Origin: Actinomycetota bacterium
GTDB taxonomy: Bacteria > Actinomycetota > Actinomycetes > Actinomycetales > Microbacteriaceae
NCBI GenBank assembly: GCA_046046665.1
Contig: JBJOJI010000003.1
Location: 1,318 to 65,317, forward strand
Reading direction: 5' to 3'
DNA length: 64,000 nt
Below, piece by piece: positions 31,084 through 40,904 of this stretch (its first letter is position 1; each line of letters starts with the position of its first letter). The notes under the pieces were generated by a model. That model ran no database searches. It was not told the origin of the DNA and saw only the letters and a list, made by a program, of their open reading frames with translations. Both the position numbers and the translations under genes were made by a program.

Positions 31084-31773
31084 ATGGCTTACTTCATCTT
31101 GAAGACCCTGGTGCTGGGCCCCCTTTTGCGAGTGCTTTTTCGGCCTTGGGTCCGTGGCATGGAAAATATTCCAGGCACCGGACCAGTTATATTGGCCAGC
31201 AACCATCTCTCATTTTCAGATTCAATCTTTCTGCCACTGCAGTCGAGGCGTCCGGTAGTTTTCTTGGCTAAGAGCGAGTACTTCACCGGTAAGGGAATCA
31301 AGGGCGCATTGACCCGATGGTTCTTTAAATCAACTGGACAGTTGCCTATTGATCGAAGTGGTGGAAAAGCTTCTGAAGCGTCGTTGAACACCGGTTTGAA
31401 AGTGCTTGGCCAGGGTCAGGTTCTAGGAATTTACCCCGAAGGAACTCGAAGCCCTGACGGCCGCCTGTACCGCGGTAGAACCGGAATCGCCCGCATGGTT
31501 TTGGAATCAAAAGCACCGGTAATTCCAGTGGCCATGATTGATACAGAAAAAGTTCAGCCAATCGGAAAGCGCATGCCGCGAATTCGCCGAATCGGAATCG
31601 TGGTTGGCACCCCGCTAGATTTTTCAAGATTTGATGGCATGGAAGGTGATCGCATTGTTCTTCGTGCGGTCACCGATGAAATCATGTATGAGCTTAGAAA
31701 ACTAAGTGGCCAAGAATATGTGGATGCATACGCATCTTCGGTTAAAGAAAAACGAGCACGTCTCGCTAGGTAG
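31084..31773 (+). CDS. plsC: 1-acyl-sn-glycerol-3-phosphate acyltransferase
   Basis: NHLSFSD (NHx4D) and YPEGTRS. Confidence 0.92.
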   Translation: MAYFILKTLVLGPLLRVLFRPWVRGMENIPGTGPVILASNHLSFSDSIFLPLQSRRPVVFLAKSEYFTGKGIKGALTRWFFKSTGQLPIDRSGGKASEASLNTGLKVLGQGQVLGIYPEGTRSPDGRLYRGRTGIARMVLESKAPVIPVAMIDTEKVQPIGKRMPRIRRIGIVVGTPLDFSRFDGMEGDRIVLRAVTDEIMYELRKLSGQEYVDAYASSVKEKRARLAR

Positions 31774-31783
31774 GGAAGTAAGA

Positions 31784-33145
31784 ATGAATGATCCAATAGT
31801 TGCAGCTAATCCGGCAGTGCTTGCTGGGCTCGACAACTATCTGAAGCTCCCTGCAGCTCAGCAGCCAACTTGGCCAGACTCAGCTGCCGTTGCCGAGGTT
31901 CGTGCAGAACTTTCTACGTTGCCACCATTGGTATTTGCGGGTGAGGTTGACATTCTTCGTGACCGCCTAGCTGCTGCGGCATCTGGCAAGGCATTTTTAT
32001 TGCAGGGCGGTGACTGTGCAGAAACATTTGCTGATGCAACAGCAGATCGAATTCGTAACCGCGTAAAGACTTTGTTGCAGATGGCCGTAGTGCTTACATA
32101 TGGTGCTTCTATGCCGGTTATCAAAATGGGTCGCATGGCAGGCCAGTTTGCCAAGCCGCGCTCAAGCGATTCAGAGACCCGCGGAGATGTAACTTTGCCG
32201 GCATTCCGTGGAGATATCGTCAACGGATACGACTTCACCGCAGAGTCCCGTACTCCAGATCCAAAGCGCATGCTCAAGGCGTACCACACCTCTGCTTCTA
32301 CCTTGAACTTGATTCGTGCTTTCACGATGGGCGGCTTCGCAGATTTACGTTCGGTGCACGAATGGAATCGTGGTTTTGCAAATAACCCTGCCAACGAGCG
32401 CTACCTGTCTTTGGCTCAAGAAATTGATCGCGCCATAAAGTTCATGGCTGCATGTGGCGCTGACTTCAATGAGCTACGCACCACAGAGTTCTACACCAGC
32501 CACGAGGGCTTGCTAATGGACTACGAACGTCCACTTACTCGCATTGATTCACGAACTGGAAACCCGTACATCACCTCTGGGCACTTCATTTGGATTGGCG
32601 AGCGAACTCGCCAAATGGATCACGCTCACGTTGATTACCTGTCTCGTGTTCGCAACCCAATTGGCGTAAAGCTTGGGCCTACAACTCAGGTTGACGATGT
32701 AGTTGAACTAATTGAACGTCTTGATCCAAACCGCGAGCCAGGCCGACTAACCTTCATCACTCGCATGGGTGCAGGAAAGATTCGTGAAGAACTGCCTAAA
32801 TTGGTTGAGGCCGTTCGCGATTCAGAGGCTAATCCACTTTGGATTACCGACCCAATGCACGGAAACGGTATCACCACCAAGAACGGCTACAAGTCGCGCC
32901 GCTTTGATGATGTTATGGATGAAGTTCGGGGATTCTTTGAGGTTCACAAGGCTGCGGGCACGTTCCCTGGCGGAGTGCACGTAGAACTAACCGGTGATGA
33001 CGTAGCCGAATGCCTTGGTGGTTCAGAGCAGATTGACGAAGCAAGCCTTGAAGAGCGCTACGAGTCACTTTGTGATCCGCGTCTAAATCACATGCAGTCT
33101 CTTGAGCTTGCTTTCTTAGTTGCCGAACAGTTGGCTAAACGCTAA
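31784..33145 (+). CDS. aroG: Class II DAHP synthase
   Basis: QGGDCAE, GQFAKPRS, WIGERTRQ, DPMHGN, CDPRLN. Confidence 0.96.
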   Translation: MNDPIVAANPAVLAGLDNYLKLPAAQQPTWPDSAAVAEVRAELSTLPPLVFAGEVDILRDRLAAAASGKAFLLQGGDCAETFADATADRIRNRVKTLLQMAVVLTYGASMPVIKMGRMAGQFAKPRSSDSETRGDVTLPAFRGDIVNGYDFTAESRTPDPKRMLKAYHTSASTLNLIRAFTMGGFADLRSVHEWNRGFANNPANERYLSLAQEIDRAIKFMAACGADFNELRTTEFYTSHEGLLMDYERPLTRIDSRTGNPYITSGHFIWIGERTRQMDHAHVDYLSRVRNPIGVKLGPTTQVDDVVELIERLDPNREPGRLTFITRMGAGKIREELPKLVEAVRDSEANPLWITDPMHGNGITTKNGYKSRRFDDVMDEVRGFFEVHKAAGTFPGGVHVELTGDDVAECLGGSEQIDEASLEERYESLCDPRLNHMQSLELAFLVAEQLAKR

Positions 33146-33165
33146 GAATTTCATACTTAGATTCT

Positions 33166-33199
33166 GAAACGCCTCAACAGAAATTAGTTGGGGCGTTTC
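33166..33199. terminator. Bidirectional hairpin terminator between convergent aroG and pknL
   Basis: GAAACGCCTCAAC / GTTGGGGCGTTTC 13-bp stem containing a G-U pair. Confidence 0.75.
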
Positions 33200-35151
33200 T
33201 ACTTAGTCGAGATAGTTATTGAGTCGCCAACTCTAAGTTGGCTGTTGGCTGAAGCGCTTTGGCGTTTGACTTTAACGATTCCCCATTTGGAAGTTAGTTG
33301 ATCAGTATTTACAACTACCTTCAGGCCTATAGCCTCCAAATTTGCTTTAGCGGCCAGAATGGTCTGGCCAACCATGTTTGGAACCGTCACAATATTTGGG
33401 CCTTTAGATACCAACAAATCAACGCTGCCATTTTCGCCAAGTGGTTCCACCAGAGGAACCAAACTGATTACCTGGCCAGCGGCAACGGTGTCACTGTATT
33501 CCTCACGGATCTCATTTATCTTTAGGCCGGCAGCTTCAATAGCATTTACTGCAATCTCTTGGTCAAGGCCAGATACCACTGGAATCGAACCAAGGGAAAC
33601 CCAAATATTTATCTTGCTAGTTTCAGGAATCTTTGTTCCGTCAGCACCTAAGTAGTCAAATACTTCTCCAAGTGCAGATTCGTGAAAGACAGATTTCACT
33701 TCACCAAGTGCAAAGCCAGATTTGATAATTTCGGCCGTGGCTTCGGCAAGATTAAGACCCTTAAGCTGAGGCGCTGAAACTAGCTTTGGCCCACTGGATA
33801 CAAAAATCTGAATTTTTCCGTTGCCCCAAAAGAGTGCACCGGCTGACGGATCTGTTCTAGTTACCAGGCCTTTGGCAACAGTGGCCGAACTTTCTTCAAT
33901 AATTTCAAGATCAGCATTTAGCGGGCTAAGTGATAGCTGAGCTTCATCAAGAGTGCGGCTAGTCAGGTTTGGAATTGGAGTAAGCCCACCAGGTCCAGAG
34001 CTGAACCACCAACCGCTGCCGGCACCAAGCAGAATTACTAGCAACGTAGCAATGAATAGTCTTAATCCTCGACGTCGAAGACCCATTCTCTCTAGTGGTG
34101 TTAGCTCTGTATTATCAAAATTGAAGTCTTCTAAAACGGTGGTTGAAGAATCGGCGAATGCACCACTCAAAACTTGAGTGCTATTTGCATCAAGAATTAC
34201 ATCTGAAATTTCGGAGCCAGCCATAACTTGGGTGGCGTTTGAATCTATTGGATTCAAGATTGTTGTTTTGTTTAGACCACTGCCAGAAACCTCAGGGATT
34301 CTGAGCTGGGTATCGTTTCGGCCTGCCTTAATTTCAGCTTTGGCGCGCTGGACAACAGCCAAAAGCTCAACAGCATCGTTGGGTCTATGTGCTGATTCTC
34401 GGGCGGTTGCCCAAAGTACCAATTCGTCTAGCAGCGGGGGAACTTCAGAATTGTATTTCGAAGGCGCTGGAACATTATCGTTGGCGTGCTGGTAGGCAAT
34501 TTGCACCGCTTGGTCACCTTCAAAAGGTTGGCGCCCCGTGAGCATTTCAAAAAGCATGATCCCGGCTGCATACACATCACTACGTGCATCTGCGATGCCA
34601 CGCATCACTAATTCAGGCGATAGATAGGCAATGGTGCCAACCAGAGAACCAGTCGAAGTGTGGTTATCTATGTCCCTGGCAAGGCCAAAGTCACCAAGTT
34701 TAATTCGCCCGTCGTCAGAAAGTAGAACGTTCTCGGGTTTTAGGTCGCGGTGAAGTATGCCAGCACGGTGGGCCGCGGCCAGCCCGCTTAGCATTGGTTC
34801 AAAAAGATCAAGCGCACGCCTAGCATCTAGGGCGCCAAAGTCTTTAAGAGCATCGCGCAGGGTGATGCCGGAAACATACTCCATTGCCATAAAAGCTATT
34901 TCGCCGTCTTCACCTTGGTCAAAAACATTTACCAGGTTTGGGTGGGAAAGTTTGGCAGCGATCCTGGCCTCACGAATAAATTTTTCGCGAAACGAAGAAT
35001 CATTTGCCAAATGCGGGTGGATAACTTTTAGCGCAACTTGTCGTTCTAGACGAATATCCATGGCAAGGTAAACGGTTGCCATTCCGCCTCGAGCAACAAT
35101 TTTCTCAATTCGATACCGCTCGCCAACAAGTTTTCCAATCAAGCTAGACAT
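33199..35151 (-). CDS. pknL: PASTA-domain Ser/Thr protein kinase, PknL-like
   Basis: ARGGMATVY, HRDLKPEN, DFG, one TM helix and several PASTA repeats; lies between aroG and the Rv2175c-like gene, as Mtb pknL does. Confidence 0.85.
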   Translation of the reverse strand: MSSLIGKLVGERYRIEKIVARGGMATVYLAMDIRLERQVALKVIHPHLANDSSFREKFIREARIAAKLSHPNLVNVFDQGEDGEIAFMAMEYVSGITLRDALKDFGALDARRALDLFEPMLSGLAAAHRAGILHRDLKPENVLLSDDGRIKLGDFGLARDIDNHTSTGSLVGTIAYLSPELVMRGIADARSDVYAAGIMLFEMLTGRQPFEGDQAVQIAYQHANDNVPAPSKYNSEVPPLLDELVLWATARESAHRPNDAVELLAVVQRAKAEIKAGRNDTQLRIPEVSGSGLNKTTILNPIDSNATQVMAGSEISDVILDANSTQVLSGAFADSSTTVLEDFNFDNTELTPLERMGLRRRGLRLFIATLLVILLGAGSGWWFSSGPGGLTPIPNLTSRTLDEAQLSLSPLNADLEIIEESSATVAKGLVTRTDPSAGALFWGNGKIQIFVSSGPKLVSAPQLKGLNLAEATAEIIKSGFALGEVKSVFHESALGEVFDYLGADGTKIPETSKINIWVSLGSIPVVSGLDQEIAVNAIEAAGLKINEIREEYSDTVAAGQVISLVPLVEPLGENGSVDLLVSKGPNIVTVPNMVGQTILAAKANLEAIGLKVVVNTDQLTSKWGIVKVKRQSASANSQLRVGDSITISTK

Positions 35152-36583
35152 TTGAATTCACTTCACTGTTGCCTGCATTAAGAAGTTCATCAAGCCATAC
35201 CCATGCTGATTGCTCCCATTTTGCGTAAGCGTTTGGAAAAGCGGAAATCTGTACGGCCTGTGCTGCCTGGGTAAGCGTTTTTGTTTGCCAATCTTTGATG
35301 TCTAATAGCCCCCTGGCCACGCCAAATGTTGGGCTCTTCGTGCCGCCAAAGAAAGCCCTAGCCGCATATTCGGGGTTCATAATTTGTTCCACAGAACCCC
35401 AGTGCGCGCTGGGTCTCTGTTGGAATAGGCCCACGGAATCCCTGTCTCCGTAAGACAGATTCTTTAGCCCGGACTCCTGCATTGCAGTGGCCAACGCAAT
35501 AACAATTCCATAATCTGAAACCCCAAGCGAGCGACCAATTTTAAAAATCACAGACGCGTTAGATTTCATCTCTGTCGTCATGGCGGTCAGATCTGGGCAG
35601 AACTTGATTTCATGTACGCCCGGTATGACCAATCTTTGTCCCACAAAAATCATGGCCGACCAGGTTAGCGAGTTTGAGCTAAGGATAGATTGCGTTGGAA
35701 CGCCATATACGGCCGCAATCTTGCTTACCGATTCTCCGGTTTTTACGGTGTGGTATCCGTGTACCTCACAAACGTTGCCTGGTCGATGTGGGTCAGCTGA
35801 AATCAATGATCCGCTTAGCGGAACCGCGCTAGAAGAAGGGGTGGCAGTTGGCACCGCTTTGGTTTCTTGGTTCAAAGATTTCAGTTTGATTGACTGACCT
35901 CCGTACACCAAAGATGATTCGGTTAGGCCATTTGCAGCAAGAAGCATCTGCAATTGAATTCCGTACTTATTTGCAATGGAAGCCAGAGTTTCACCAGTCT
36001 GCACTATGTGCAAATCTGGAGTAATCGCTGCACTCTTTTTAGGAATAACAGAGCCGATGGTCAAGCGCTGACCGGGAAAAATGATTGCTTTGGCCGAGAG
36101 ACTGTTTATGGAAAGCACGGTGCTAATTGACACCGAGTGCAGTTTGGCAATAGAGGCTAAGGTTTCACCACGTTTTACGACGTGAATTGTTGCGGCATTG
36201 GCTTTGGCTTGCGCTGCAGGAACCACAGAGTTTGCAATCAGCTTGAGCTTCTGCCCAGGAACAATAAATGTGCCGGCCTCTAGCTTGTTGAGCAGCAAAA
36301 GCTGTTTGGTAGAAAGTTGGAATTTGCGAGCAATCGCAGAAATCGTGTCGCCCGCTTTGACTGTGTAACTTAGTTGGGTTGCGCTGCTGACCGCGCTTGC
36401 CGTGTTACCAGTAGCTCTTACTGCAGCTGGGCCGTCAGCGGTATCTGCATTTTTATCGGTTGTGGAATTTGCCGTCGTTTCTGTTGCCTGAGCCAAATCG
36501 GCACCAGATAGGGAGCCAATAATTGAAATTGGAACCGTGGCTAGCGCTAGGCCAAGCGCTTTCGCATCACGTTTCTCGTCCAC
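35144..36583 (-). CDS. Secreted protein with four LysM domains and a lysozyme-like C-terminal domain
   Basis: Four Y/HxVKxGDT/ET LysM repeats; C-terminal IALATAMQESGL...SVGLFQQRPS..WG; hydrophobic N-terminal segment after GTG 36583 (GAAGG RBS). Confidence 0.87.
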   Translation of the reverse strand: MDEKRDAKALGLALATVPISIIGSLSGADLAQATETTANSTTDKNADTADGPAAVRATGNTASAVSSATQLSYTVKAGDTISAIARKFQLSTKQLLLLNKLEAGTFIVPGQKLKLIANSVVPAAQAKANAATIHVVKRGETLASIAKLHSVSISTVLSINSLSAKAIIFPGQRLTIGSVIPKKSAAITPDLHIVQTGETLASIANKYGIQLQMLLAANGLTESSLVYGGQSIKLKSLNQETKAVPTATPSSSAVPLSGSLISADPHRPGNVCEVHGYHTVKTGESVSKIAAVYGVPTQSILSSNSLTWSAMIFVGQRLVIPGVHEIKFCPDLTAMTTEMKSNASVIFKIGRSLGVSDYGIVIALATAMQESGLKNLSYGDRDSVGLFQQRPSAHWGSVEQIMNPEYAARAFFGGTKSPTFGVARGLLDIKDWQTKTLTQAAQAVQISAFPNAYAKWEQSAWVWLDELLNAGNSEVNSNV

Positions 36584-36675
36584 TGTGCCTTCATTTCTAT
36601 GGGGAAGCCAGCCAATATCATCCCACGATGCAGGTTTGATACCCGTGAGGCTCTGAGGTGTGGCAATCTTGTCTT

Positions 36676-37023
36676 GTGACTGATGTCTTAGAAAATGTTC
36701 AAGGTTGGCTAACCGTTCCAGAAGCGGCAGATCTGCTTGGTGTACCAGTTGGTCGAGCACGCAGGTTTATTGAAGAGCATCACTTAATCGCTATAAAGCG
36801 CGATGGGGTGCTAAGTGTACCTAGCGAGATAATTCTTGAAGGGGAGCCGCTGCCAAGCTTGCCGGGAACGATTATTGTGCTCTTAGATTCAGGGCTTGAC
36901 TACGAATCTGCTTTTCGTTGGTTATACACTCACGAGGAAAGCTTGCCCGGAACTCCAATGGAATTTTTATTGAAGGGCCACAAGTCTGCGGTTCGCCGAG
37001 CCGCCATGTTGCTGGCTCTATAG
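36676..37023 (+). CDS. Rv2175c family DNA-binding protein
   Basis: WLTVPEAADLLG HTH, LPGTI.VL.D.G, WL; conserved position upstream of the dcw cluster. Start inferred at GTG 36676. Confidence 0.85.
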   Translation: MTDVLENVQGWLTVPEAADLLGVPVGRARRFIEEHHLIAIKRDGVLSVPSEIILEGEPLPSLPGTIIVLLDSGLDYESAFRWLYTHEESLPGTPMEFLLKGHKSAVRRAAMLLAL

Positions 37024-37059
37024 GGTTCCTAAACTAAATAGGCGCTTTGTAAGGGCGAT

Positions 37060-38175
37060 CTAAGCCTGGCGATTAATTACTTTCAGGGCCAATTCTCTAA
37101 GTTCGTGCTTGGCGCGATCTTCAATCTCTAGAGCCTCAAGTGCATTCAGGCTCTCGTCAGCCAGTTCTTCAATCATTCTCTCGGTTTTTGCTAAAGCACC
37201 CGAACCAGAAATAGTTTGTTGCAAAAAGCCAATCTGCTCACCGGTGAGATTTCGGCTAGATAGCATCTCATCAAAAATTGCACCAACAGATGAACTGAGT
37301 GATTCTCTTGTAAGCCCAACCAAAACAGTTCGCTTGCCTTCGCGAAGATCATCTCCTGCTGGTTTTCCTGTGACTTGAGGGTCACCAAAAACTCCAAGAA
37401 TGTCATCGCGCAACTGAAAAGCCATGCCAAGTGGAATGCCAAATGCAGAGATACCACGAAGCAAACTGGGGGATGCACCGGCAAACGCTGCGCCGATTAG
37501 CAGCGGTGCTTCAATGCTGTACTTCGCGGTCTTATAAAGAATTACTCTGTTTGCTCGTCCCACTGCTTCTTCAACTGGGCGAGTGTTGGCGGCGTTCTCT
37601 TCAAGTACATCAAGGTACTGGCCAGCCATTACCTCGACTCGCATTTTGCTAAATTCATTGCGACAAGCAGTTTCTACAGAAGATTCGGGTGCGTTAAGCA
37701 ATGCGTTGCCAAAAATTTCGCTGCTCCAGCCAAGCATCAGATCGCCAACTAGCACTGAACCAGCTACCCCAAATCTTTCTGGACTGCCAGCCCAACCTGA
37801 GTTACTGTGCAGAGTTTCAAATCTTTTATGTACCGCTGGGGCACCGCGTCTGGTATCTGATTGATCAAGCAAGTCATCGTGCACGAGGGCCGCTGCGTGA
37901 AACATTTCAAGGGCAGCGGTAATGCCAATCATGGCTTCAGCTGAGGCCTCACGCTGAGACTCTGTTTGGGAAACGTCTGAGCCTGGAAGTGCTCCAACCC
38001 AAGACCAGTAGCAGAAAAGTGCTCTGAATCGCTTGCCGCCTTGTAGAAGATCACGCGTGTAATCAACTACTGGGGTCAAATCTGGAGAAATTTGCTCAAA
38101 ATCGCTCTTTCGAGCGGTGCAAAACTCATCCAAATGGTCTTGGATTAGGCCTAATAGCACTTTGGTTTCGCTCAC
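37060..38175 (-). CDS. idsA: Polyprenyl diphosphate (GGPP) synthase
   Basis: GGKRFR, HDDLLD..DTRRG, GQYLD, FQLRDDILG, GK..GDDLREGK. Confidence 0.9.
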   Translation of the reverse strand: MSETKVLLGLIQDHLDEFCTARKSDFEQISPDLTPVVDYTRDLLQGGKRFRALFCYWSWVGALPGSDVSQTESQREASAEAMIGITAALEMFHAAALVHDDLLDQSDTRRGAPAVHKRFETLHSNSGWAGSPERFGVAGSVLVGDLMLGWSSEIFGNALLNAPESSVETACRNEFSKMRVEVMAGQYLDVLEENAANTRPVEEAVGRANRVILYKTAKYSIEAPLLIGAAFAGASPSLLRGISAFGIPLGMAFQLRDDILGVFGDPQVTGKPAGDDLREGKRTVLVGLTRESLSSSVGAIFDEMLSSRNLTGEQIGFLQQTISGSGALAKTERMIEELADESLNALEALEIEDRAKHELRELALKVINRQA

Positions 38176-38254
38176 ACCCCTAGCCTAACTGGGGCAAGGT
38201 GCTTAGACTTTTGGTAGGCGCAAACGTGTCTTATATTTTGCGAAAGGAGTTCCC

Positions 38255-38611
38255 GTGGGTCTTTCTGAACAAGAGCAAAAACTTCTTGATGAGCTTGAAC
38301 GTGGGCTCTACGCATCAGACTCCAGCCTTGCCCACAAACTCGGAAAGCCTGGGGCTAGATCACCAAAGCGCATCATTGCCGGTGCTTCGCTTGTCGTTAT
38401 CGGGGTATCGCTCTTGGTTGTTGCCGTAATCCTGCAGGTTGCAATCTTTGGAGTAGGTGGTTTTCTGGCCATGCTTGCTGGTCTCGTTGTTGCAACATCA
38501 TCAAACCCAAATGAGCCAAAAAACGCTCCGGTTTCGCCAACTTCGCCAAGGCCTAATGGCTCAATCAAAAAGAACTTTTTCGACGATCGCTGGGACAAGC
38601 GCCAAGGCTAG
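38255..38611 (+). CDS. DUF3040 family membrane protein
   Basis: LSEQEQKLLDELERGLY, two TM segments, C-terminal RWDKR; usual position upstream of mraZ. Confidence 0.85.
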   Translation: MGLSEQEQKLLDELERGLYASDSSLAHKLGKPGARSPKRIIAGASLVVIGVSLLVVAVILQVAIFGVGGFLAMLAGLVVATSSNPNEPKNAPVSPTSPRPNGSIKKNFFDDRWDKRQG

Positions 38612-38634
38612 CCCCTAGAAGCTCAGAACCGCTT

Positions 38635-38670
38635 AAAACCCACCTGAAAATGGTGGGTTTTGTCATTTTT
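38635..38670 (+). terminator. Intrinsic terminator
   Basis: AAAACCCACC-loop-GGTGGGTTTT followed by a T-rich tail. Confidence 0.8.
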
Positions 38671-38769
38671 GGCCTTAATTCGGATAATTCCCTCCACTTG
38701 CTATATCCCAATAAATTACTGATGATTAAGACACGCCGAACCGTAAATTTTCGCATTTTTTCAGCATTG

Positions 38770-38800
38770 GTGGGGGAAAGTGGTGTATTGTGGAGTAAAG
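38770..38800 (+). promoter_or_regulatory. MraZ binding boxes
   Basis: GTGGG, GTGGT and GTGGA at 38770, 38780 and 38790 (exact 10-bp period), upstream of mraZ. Confidence 0.8.
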
Positions 38801-38831
38801 CGCAAGTTCGATGTCGAGAAGGGGGGCGCAC

Positions 38832-39263
38832 ATGTTGCTAGGTACACACGCACCAAAGCTTGATGACAAGGGGCGCGTCATTCTTCCGGCAAAGTTCCGC
38901 GAAGAGCTTCAAGGCGGTTTGGTCATTACGCGTGGGCAGGAAAACTGCCTTTACGTATTCAGCTCCGCTGAGTTTGCAGCAGTGCACGACAAGATCCGTC
39001 AGGCACCTGTAACCAGCATCGAGGCCCGCAACTACCTTCGCGTTTTTCTATCTGGCGCTTCAGATGAACTTCCTGACAAGCAAGGCAGAGTTACTATCCC
39101 TGCTGCTCTTCGCCAATATGCGGGTCTCGATAAAGACCTTGTCGTAATTGGCGTTGGTGCTCGTGCAGAAATCTGGAATGCAAAGTCATGGAACGATTAC
39201 CTGGCCAAGCAGGAAACAGCTTTCGCGAATGTAGCGGCGGAGGTGATTCCGGGACTCTTCTAG
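38832..39263 (+). CDS. mraZ: Division/cell wall cluster repressor MraZ
   Basis: [15 protein letters not shown] and [11 protein letters not shown] repeats; EIW. Confidence 0.97.
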   Translation: MLLGTHAPKLDDKGRVILPAKFREELQGGLVITRGQENCLYVFSSAEFAAVHDKIRQAPVTSIEARNYLRVFLSGASDELPDKQGRVTIPAALRQYAGLDKDLVVIGVGARAEIWNAKSWNDYLAKQETAFANVAAEVIPGLF

Positions 39264-39265
39264 TC

Positions 39266-39334
39266 CCTATCGCTAGAACTCCAGCTATTACCTGAAAACC
39301 AAGCCAGGCCAATGGATGGGGCCCTAGCAATAGG
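39266..39334 (+). ncRNA. Structured mraZ-rsmH intergenic hairpin (divergent mraW RNA motif candidate)
   Basis: Nested pairing CCTATCGCTAG/CTAGCAATAGG, TCCA/TGGA, CCTG/CAGG. Position matches the actinobacterial mraW motif, but the CUUCCCC loop is absent. Confidence 0.5.
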
Positions 39335-39356
39335 AACCAAGAAGTATCGGGCAGCT

Positions 39357-40319
39357 ATGTCGAAGAATATATCCGAACTTCACGAACCAGTGCTTCTGGA
39401 ACGTGCAATTGAACTACTAGCCCCAGCATTTGAGCTTGAAGCCCCTGTATTTGTTGATTGCACTCTTGGGCTCGGCGGCCACAGCGAAGCCTTTCTTGAT
39501 CGTTTTCCAAACCTAACTTTGGTGGGCATTGATCGTGACCTTTCTGCACTTGCACTTGCAGGGGAGCGACTATCTCGTTTTGGGAGCCGAGTTCACCTAG
39601 TACACGCCGTTTATGAAGAAATTCAGGATGTAATCAAGGACCTTGGCATTAGCGAAGTGCACGGAATCTTGTTGGATCTTGGCGTCTCATCTATGCAACT
39701 CGATGAGCGCGAACGCGGTTTTGCGTATTCCTATGAAGCTCCGCTTGACATGCGTATGGATTCAACCGAAGGCCTAACCGCTGCCCAAGTAGTAAATACA
39801 TATTCTGAAAACGACCTGGCACGCATCTTCAAAGAATTCGGGGAGGAGCGATACGCCAAGGCCGTTGCCCGAGAAATTGTTGCCCTTCGCAAGAGCTCTC
39901 CTTTTGAAACCAGCACTGAACTGGCGGCTTTGATTGCCAAAGTCATTCCGTTCATCCCAGGCAAAAGCAGTGGCCACCCCGCCAAGCGAATTTTTCAGGC
40001 TTTGCGTATTGAAGTAAACGGCGAACTCGAGGTGCTTTCTCGCACTATGCCGGCCGCAATTGCCGCGCTTGCAGTTGGCGGGCGAATTGTTGTGATGTCT
40101 TATCACTCACTTGAAGACCGCATCACTAAGCAGGCGCTTGTAGCTGCCGCAAACTCTTCAGCTCCAATCGAGCTGCCTGTGGAACTTCCAGAGCACGCAC
40201 CAACTCTTCGCCTTTTGGTGAAGGGCGCAGAGGCGGCTACAACCGAAGAAATTGCTAGAAATCCACGCGCGGCGTCAGTTCGTCTTCGCGCAGCACAAAA
40301 GATCCGGAGAGCAGCATGA
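39357..40319 (+). CDS. rsmH: 16S rRNA m4C1402 methyltransferase
   Basis: [41 protein letters not shown]. Confidence 0.97.
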   Translation: MSKNISELHEPVLLERAIELLAPAFELEAPVFVDCTLGLGGHSEAFLDRFPNLTLVGIDRDLSALALAGERLSRFGSRVHLVHAVYEEIQDVIKDLGISEVHGILLDLGVSSMQLDERERGFAYSYEAPLDMRMDSTEGLTAAQVVNTYSENDLARIFKEFGEERYAKAVAREIVALRKSSPFETSTELAALIAKVIPFIPGKSSGHPAKRIFQALRIEVNGELEVLSRTMPAAIAALAVGGRIVVMSYHSLEDRITKQALVAAANSSAPIELPVELPEHAPTLRLLVKGAEAATTEEIARNPRAASVRLRAAQKIRRAA

Positions 40320-40888
40320 GCGCCATTCGTATGACAACACCTCGCAGGAACTCTGTGACACCAAAGCCCCAGCTTCGCGCGGTATCGCTTTCCGGTGTTC
40401 GCTCAGCTCGACCTGGCGTTGCCCTTGTGGGTATCTTGACCATCGGTGCTTTGTCTATTGCCATGCTCAATCTTTTGCTACACATTCTTACATCCACAGC
40501 TGTCTATGAATTGGCTGATCTTCAGCACCAGAAGCGTGAACTGACTACAACTACCCAAATTTTGGCTGAAGAGGTTGACTCATTGGCATCTCAGCAGAAT
40601 CTTTCAAATTCTGCGCAAAAGCTTGGCATGATCGCCAACTCCAACCCAGTCTTTTTGAGCATTGGGGAACAGAAAGTTTTCGGAAAGCCTAAGGCAGCTT
40701 TGAACACCGATGGTCGGATTGCTGCGAACCTCATTCCAAACTCGGTGATGACTCAAACTTCAACAAACTTGACTTCAACAGTTGCAAGTGTTGAACCAGC
40801 GGCGTCCAAGGATGTCGCTAACCAGAAAGCCGCTTCTGGTCAAGTAATTTCTAATGGTGGCGCTATTCCAGCCTCACCAACCCACTAG
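40316..40888 (+). CDS. FtsL-like cell division protein
   Basis: One TM segment plus a coiled coil, A..LGM motif; lies between rsmH and ftsI. Confidence 0.75.
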   Translation: MSAIRMTTPRRNSVTPKPQLRAVSLSGVRSARPGVALVGILTIGALSIAMLNLLLHILTSTAVYELADLQHQKRELTTTTQILAEEVDSLASQQNLSNSAQKLGMIANSNPVFLSIGEQKVFGKPKAALNTDGRIAANLIPNSVMTQTSTNLTSTVASVEPAASKDVANQKAASGQVISNGGAIPASPTH

Positions 40889-40904
40889 ATAGGCAGGTCG
40901 GCAG

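Noticed and set aside
31858-32394. Long antisense ORFs (for example 31858-32394, 9689-10180, 11552-11995)
   Set aside because: They lie wholly opposite well-supported genes and have no recognisable motifs, as expected from codon bias.
36584-36760. Long N-terminal extension, or a c-di-AMP riboswitch, ahead of the LysM gene
   Set aside because: The extension overlaps the opposite-strand Rv2175c-like gene. The real spacer is about 90 bp, and I see no ydaO-type motif.
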